Source: Polyangiales bacterium
GTDB taxonomy: Bacteria; Myxococcota_A; Polyangia; Polyangiales; JADJQN01
Length of the DNA stretch: 64,000 bases
Direction of reading: 5' to 3'
NCBI GenBank assembly: GCA_964202905.1
Contig: CAXNJO010000003.1
Location: 256,001-320,000, forward strand
Position numbers and translations under genes: made by a program. Positions 60,004-64,000 of the stretch are shown one piece after another. Numbering within the stretch: position 1 is the stretch's first letter; each line of letters begins with the position of its first letter. The notes under the pieces are model-generated. The model was not told where the DNA came from. It saw nothing but the letters and a program-made list of their open reading frames with translations, and did no database searches.

Positions 60004-61107
60004 TCACCCCATCGGCCGCGGCTCCGCGCCGTCATCGGTCGCGGTGAAGCGATCGAAGGAGCCGAGCACGCGCACCTCGACGGCCGCCTCCGCGAGCCGG
60101 GCGAGGGCCCGCGCACAGGGCGCATCCGCGCGATGCCCCGCGAGTTCGGCCACGAAGACCCAGGCCCACGGGCGCTCGGGGCTTGGGTGCGACTCGATGT
60201 GCCGCAGGCTCACGCCCTCGTCGTCGAAGGCGCCGAGCGCACGCCGCAGCGCGCCCGGCCCCTCCTCGAGCTCGAAGGCCACGAGGGTGCGGTCGCTCCC
60301 CGTCGGCGCCGCGTCCTGCTGCGCGAGCACCACGAAGCGCGTCGCGTTGCGCTCGTCGTCCTGCACATCGCCCACGAGCACGGGCACCCCCTCGAGCTCG
60401 CCCGCGAGGCGGCTGCCGATCGCGGCGACGCTCGCATCTTCCGCGGCGAGCCGCACCGCCGCGGCCGTCGAGTCCGTCTGCACGAGTTCGGCACCCGGCA
60501 CGTTGCGGTGCAGCCACTCGCCGCACTGCCCGAGCGCCTGCGGATGCGAGGCCACGCGGCGGATCTCCGTGAGCGCGCCCGCGCGCGACAGCAGACACTG
60601 ACGAATCTCGAGCACCAGCTCGCGCTGCACCCGCAGCTCCGAGCGCAGCAGCGCGCGCAGCGTCGTCTGCACCGAGCCCTGCGTCGCGTTCTGCAGCGGC
60701 ACGACGCCATGCGAGGCCTCGCCGCGCGCGACCGCGTCGAACACGCCCTCGATGGTGACCGCGGGCCGCAGCACCGCGCCGCGCCCGAAGAGCCGGATCG
60801 CCGCCGCCTGACTGAACGTGCCCTCGGGGCCGAGATACGCGACCGTGAGCGGCCGCTGCACCGCGAGACACGCGCTCATGATCTCGCGAAACACCGTCTT
60901 CACGGCGAGCGGCGGCAGCTTCCCCGCCGCGAGCGCCGCGACGCGCTCGAGCACGCGCTGCTCGCGCACCGGATCGTACGCGAGCGTGCGCCCCTCCTTC
61001 GCCTTCTCGCGCGCCGTCTCGACCGCGACGCCCGCCCGCTCGACAAGCAGCGCGACGATCGCCTCGTCGATGGCATCGATGCGCGCGCGCAGGTCGTCGA
61101 GGCTCAT
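60004..61107 (-). CDS. pheA: Chorismate mutase / prephenate dehydratase
   Basis: LDDLRARIDAID, YDPVRE, VAYLGPEGTFS, SHPQALGQC, NATRFVVL, IESHPS. Confidence 0.95.
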   Translation of the reverse strand: MSLDDLRARIDAIDEAIVALLVERAGVAVETAREKAKEGRTLAYDPVREQRVLERVAALAAGKLPPLAVKTVFREIMSACLAVQRPLTVAYLGPEGTFSQAAAIRLFGRGAVLRPAVTIEGVFDAVARGEASHGVVPLQNATQGSVQTTLRALLRSELRVQRELVLEIRQCLLSRAGALTEIRRVASHPQALGQCGEWLHRNVPGAELVQTDSTAAAVRLAAEDASVAAIGSRLAGELEGVPVLVGDVQDDERNATRFVVLAQQDAAPTGSDRTLVAFELEEGPGALRRALGAFDDEGVSLRHIESHPSPERPWAWVFVAELAGHRADAPCARALARLAEAAVEVRVLGSFDRFTATDDGAEPRPMG

Positions 61108-61498
61108 GAGGGCTCCGTGGTGCGCGGGGCGTACGCCGACGAATCGAAGAAGGGGAGGTTCACCGGGTGCGCCGACGGTATGGCACGGAGGGACGTGCTC
61201 GCCGTGCGGGACGGGTAGCACGCGAGAAGGTGACGGCGAGCCAGAAGCACGGTCGGCAGAGAGATCCCGATCGGCGTCTCCCGGGCCGCGACATCCGATC
61301 GTTCCCGAGACGAGGCCGCACCGACAACCGCTCTCCGGCGCGTCCAACAACGTCTCAGAATCCCATTCTCGAACTCGACGCAGCGAGTTCGCTGCGCGCG
61401 ACGTGCCGTCTTGGAGGCCTGCTGAAAGACCGATGTAGGGGTGATCGCGTACTGCACGCCTCGCCTCGATGGCGGATTGGCGATCCCTGCGCTCCGCC

Positions 61499-64000
61499 TC
61501 ACGCCACCGTCGGCGCGACGACCACGCGCGTCATGCGCAGCGTCACGCGGCCGCTCCCTTCGCTGCCGAACTCGACCTTCGCGCCGAGCTGGCGGGCGAG
61601 GGCGCGAATCAGCTGCATGCCGAGCGAGCCGGAGCGCGCTTTTTCCGGCGGAAATCCCGGGCCGCGGTCGGAGACGGTGAGCACGACGGCCTCGCCGTCG
61701 CGGTGCAGCGCGATGCGAATCGCGCAGGTGCCGTCGGGCGAGCGGCCGTGTTTGATGGCGTTCGTGACGAGCTCGTTGAGCACGAGGCCGCAGGGCACCG
61801 CGAGGTCGAGTTGCACCTCGATCGGCTCGACGTCGAACGCGATGGTGGCGCGGGGGTCGAGCGAGCCGATCAACGACGTCGAGAGCGCCTGCGCGTAGGC
61901 GCCGAAGTCGATGCTGTCGAAGCGGTCGCTCCCGTAGAGCTGCTGGTGCACGAACGACATCGAGCGCACGCGGTGCACCGTCTCGAGGAGCGCGTCGCGC
62001 GGGGCGCCCGGGTCCATCCCATCGGCCTGCATCGAGAGCAGACTCGAGACGATCTGGAGGTTGTTCTTCACGCGGTGATGCACCTCCTGAAGGAGCATCT
62101 CCTTCTCGCGGAGCGAGCGCGTGAGCGCCGTCTCCACGCGGTCGCGCTCGGTCAGATCGCGCACCGCGATGATCGCGCCGCGCCGGTTCGCGGTGACCAC
62201 GCGCGAGGCGCTCACCTCGGCCGCGAAGGGCCCCGCCGCGCCCTGCGCGCTGCGGCGGAGCAGCTGGCCCTGCGGGCTCGCGGGGGCGGCGTGGTCGAGC
62301 ACCTCGGTGACGAGCGCCGCGCCCTCGGCGAGGAGCGCCTCGACGGGCTGCCGCAGCGCCGGGCCGAAGAGCGCCGCGGCGCGCGCGTTCGCGTCGGTGA
62401 CGACGCCGTCCTCGCCGACGACGAGCAGGCCGTCGGGGCTGCGATCGAAGAGGTCCTGGAAGGCGCGGCGGCTCGCGTCGTGGAGCAGGAAGGCCGCGAC
62501 CTGCTCGGCCACGCGCTCGAGCAGGTTCGGGAGCAATTCGTGGCCGGGGAAATACGCCGTGCCACCGACCTCGAGCACGGCGAGGATTCCGTCCGGGCCG
62601 CGCACCGGCACACCGCAGAACGAGATCACGCCCGCGGCCTTCGCCTCCGCGAGGCGCCGCGAGCCGACGGACTCCATCACCGGCAGCACTGCCGTCGCGC
62701 GCGTGCCCCACGCGGTGCCCGGCACGCCCACACCGAGCACGAAGTCGCGCCCCGGCCCGAAGGGCAGCTGCCGCGAGATCTCGAGGAAGGCGTGACCCGG
62801 CTCGCCCGCCGACTCTGCGCTCGCGCCCGCGACGTAGCGCAGGTGCGGGCTGCCCGACTCGACGAGCCAGAACTGCGCGGTGCGCACGTCGAGCTCGGCG
62901 ACCAGCTCGCGCACGAGCCGCGCGCCGGACTCGGCCACCGTGTCGCTGCCGAGCAGCAGCGCCGCGACCCGCTCGGCGAGGCTGTCGCGACGCGCCGCGA
63001 GCCGACGCTCGGTGACGTCCGTCTGGACCGCGACGAAGCCCGAGGGCTGCCCCGCCTCGTCGTGCACGACGCGCGCCTCGATGTGCACCCAGTACTGCCG
63101 CCCGTTCCGCGCGACGTTGAGCACCTCGCACTCGAAGGGCTCGCGCGCGGCGATCGCCCGCGCCATGCGACGCGCGCGTCTCCGGATGCCGTCTGCGGCG
63201 CCTGGAGGAAACTCCCCCGGTCGACGTGCCCTCGACCTCGTCGAGCGCCCAGCCCGGTCAGGCGCGTGAAGGTGTCGTTGACCCACTCGATGCGGCCCTC
63301 GAGATCGGTGATGACGACGGGATTGCCGGTGCGGCTCGCGACCTCGGCCAGCCGTTTGCGCTGCAGTTCGTTGGCGCGCTCGGCCGTGATGTCGACGCAC
63401 CAGCCCGCGCACCCGCCGCGCGACGCCCGCCTCGTCGCGGACACTCGACACGGTCGCGCGCAGCCAGCGCTGGCGGCCATCGGGGAGCTGCACGCGAAAC
63501 TCGAGCGTCCCCTGTTCGCTGAACAGCACCGCGTCGAGGCGGGCCCGATCGTCGGGGTGGGTGCGCGCCCGCAAGGCCGCGAGCGAGGGCTCGTCGACCC
63601 CCGGCCGACATCCGAGCAGGCGCCGCATCTCGCCCGCGCAGGACATCGCATCGGTGGCGAGATCGACCTCGAAGAGCCCGGTGTTCACCGCCGCGAGCGT
63701 GTGCTCGAGCGTCCCGGCGAGCGTCTCGCGCTCCCCGCGCGCGCTCGTGAGCTCCGCGAGCGCCGCCTCGCGCAGCGCGACCGTGCGCCGCAGCGCCGCG
63801 ACGAGCCCGCCGAACTGCTCGTACATCAGCCAGCTGCCCACGACCGCGAGCGACGCAATCTCGACGACCGTGAGGCACAGCCCCGCCCAACCGATCACCG
63901 ACGTCAACTCGAGGTGCGCGACCGGCCCGAGCGGAAACACTCCCTCCGCGTACCCCCACGCCGCGCCCACGAAGATCGCGATCACCGCGCCGGCGGCGAG
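61499..64000 (-). CDS. Membrane PAS/GAF sensor histidine kinase, HisKA_2 type (5' end outside window; compensating frameshifts at about 63180-63400)
   Basis: EVHHRVKNNLQIVSSLL, NELVTNAIKHG, VSDRGPG, SLGMQLI; the PAS segment VVITDLEGRIEWVNDTF lies in another frame. Confidence 0.9.
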   Translation of the reverse strand, partial: LAAGAVIAIFVGAAWGYAEGVFPLGPVAHLELTSVIGWAGLCLTVVEIASLAVVGSWLMYEQFGGLVAALRRTVALREAALAELTSARGERETLAGTLEHTLAAVNTGLFEVDLATDAMSCAGEMRRLLGCRPGVDEPSLAALRARTHPDDRARLDAVLFSEQGTLEFRVQLPDGRQRWLRATVSSVRDEAGVARRVRGLVRRHHGRARQRTAAQTAGRGREPHRQSRRHHRSRGPHRVGQRHLHAPDRAGRSTRSRARRPGEFPPGAADGIRRRARRMARAIAAREPFECEVLNVARNGRQYWVHIEARVVHDEAGQPSGFVAVQTDVTERRLAARRDSLAERVAALLLGSDTVAESGARLVRELVAELDVRTAQFWLVESGSPHLRYVAGASAESAGEPGHAFLEISRQLPFGPGRDFVLGVGVPGTAWGTRATAVLPVMESVGSRRLAEAKAAGVISFCGVPVRGPDGILAVLEVGGTAYFPGHELLPNLLERVAEQVAAFLLHDASRRAFQDLFDRSPDGLLVVGEDGVVTDANARAAALFGPALRQPVEALLAEGAALVTEVLDHAAPASPQGQLLRRSAQGAAGPFAAEVSASRVVTANRRGAIIAVRDLTERDRVETALTRSLREKEMLLQEVHHRVKNNLQIVSSLLSMQADGMDPGAPRDALLETVHRVRSMSFVHQQLYGSDRFDSIDFGAYAQALSTSLIGSLDPRATIAFDVEPIEVQLDLAVPCGLVLNELVTNAIKHGRSPDGTCAIRIALHRDGEAVVLTVSDRGPGFPPEKARSGSLGMQLIRALARQLGAKVEFGSEGSGRVTLRMTRVVVAPTVA

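Noticed and set aside
61180..61200. Sigma-54 promoter TGGCACGGAGGGACGTGC
   Set aside because: GG-to-GC spacing is 13 rather than 10, and it points away from pheA
1..64000. tRNA or rRNA genes
   Set aside because: No cloverleaf or rRNA-like segment recognised by eye; a tRNAscan/Infernal run would be needed to exclude them

Overview
Very GC-rich bacterial DNA. The many lipoproteins with DAG/DLG acidic linkers, a CglD-like TSP3/vWA protein and FG-GAP proteins suggest a myxobacterium (Polyangiales/Sandaracinaceae-like); this is an inference. Positions 1-39 kb are mostly core genes: exopolysaccharide genes plus a GGDEF cyclase, an Rv1683-like lipase/acyl-CoA ligase fusion, mutM, a GMC oxidoreductase, a divergent carboxypeptidase/ATP-grasp pair, prolyl oligopeptidase, UDG, a desaturase, sucA, and a DUF1501/c-type-heme envelope operon facing an integrin-alpha-like gene. 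Positions 39.2-55.6 kb form an accessory island bracketed by a 101-bp direct repeat. It holds four same-orientation, 5'-truncated IS91/ISCR-like HUH transposase relics, each ending in a conserved oriIS-like tip and followed by cargo genes, then a patchwork of gene fragments and IS3/IS66 remnants. Positions 55.7-64 kb return to core genes (atypical diheme lipoprotein, MFS transporter, TPR protein, pheA, PAS/HisKA_2 kinase). Non-coding highlights are a candidate sigma-54 sRNA with two C-rich-loop hairpins (14.8-14.9 kb), a 7 x 24-bp hairpin array (24.65-24.82 kb) and a perfect 22-bp palindrome present twice. Several core genes carry small frameshifts, probably assembly errors. All family calls come from motif recognition by eye; no database searches were run.
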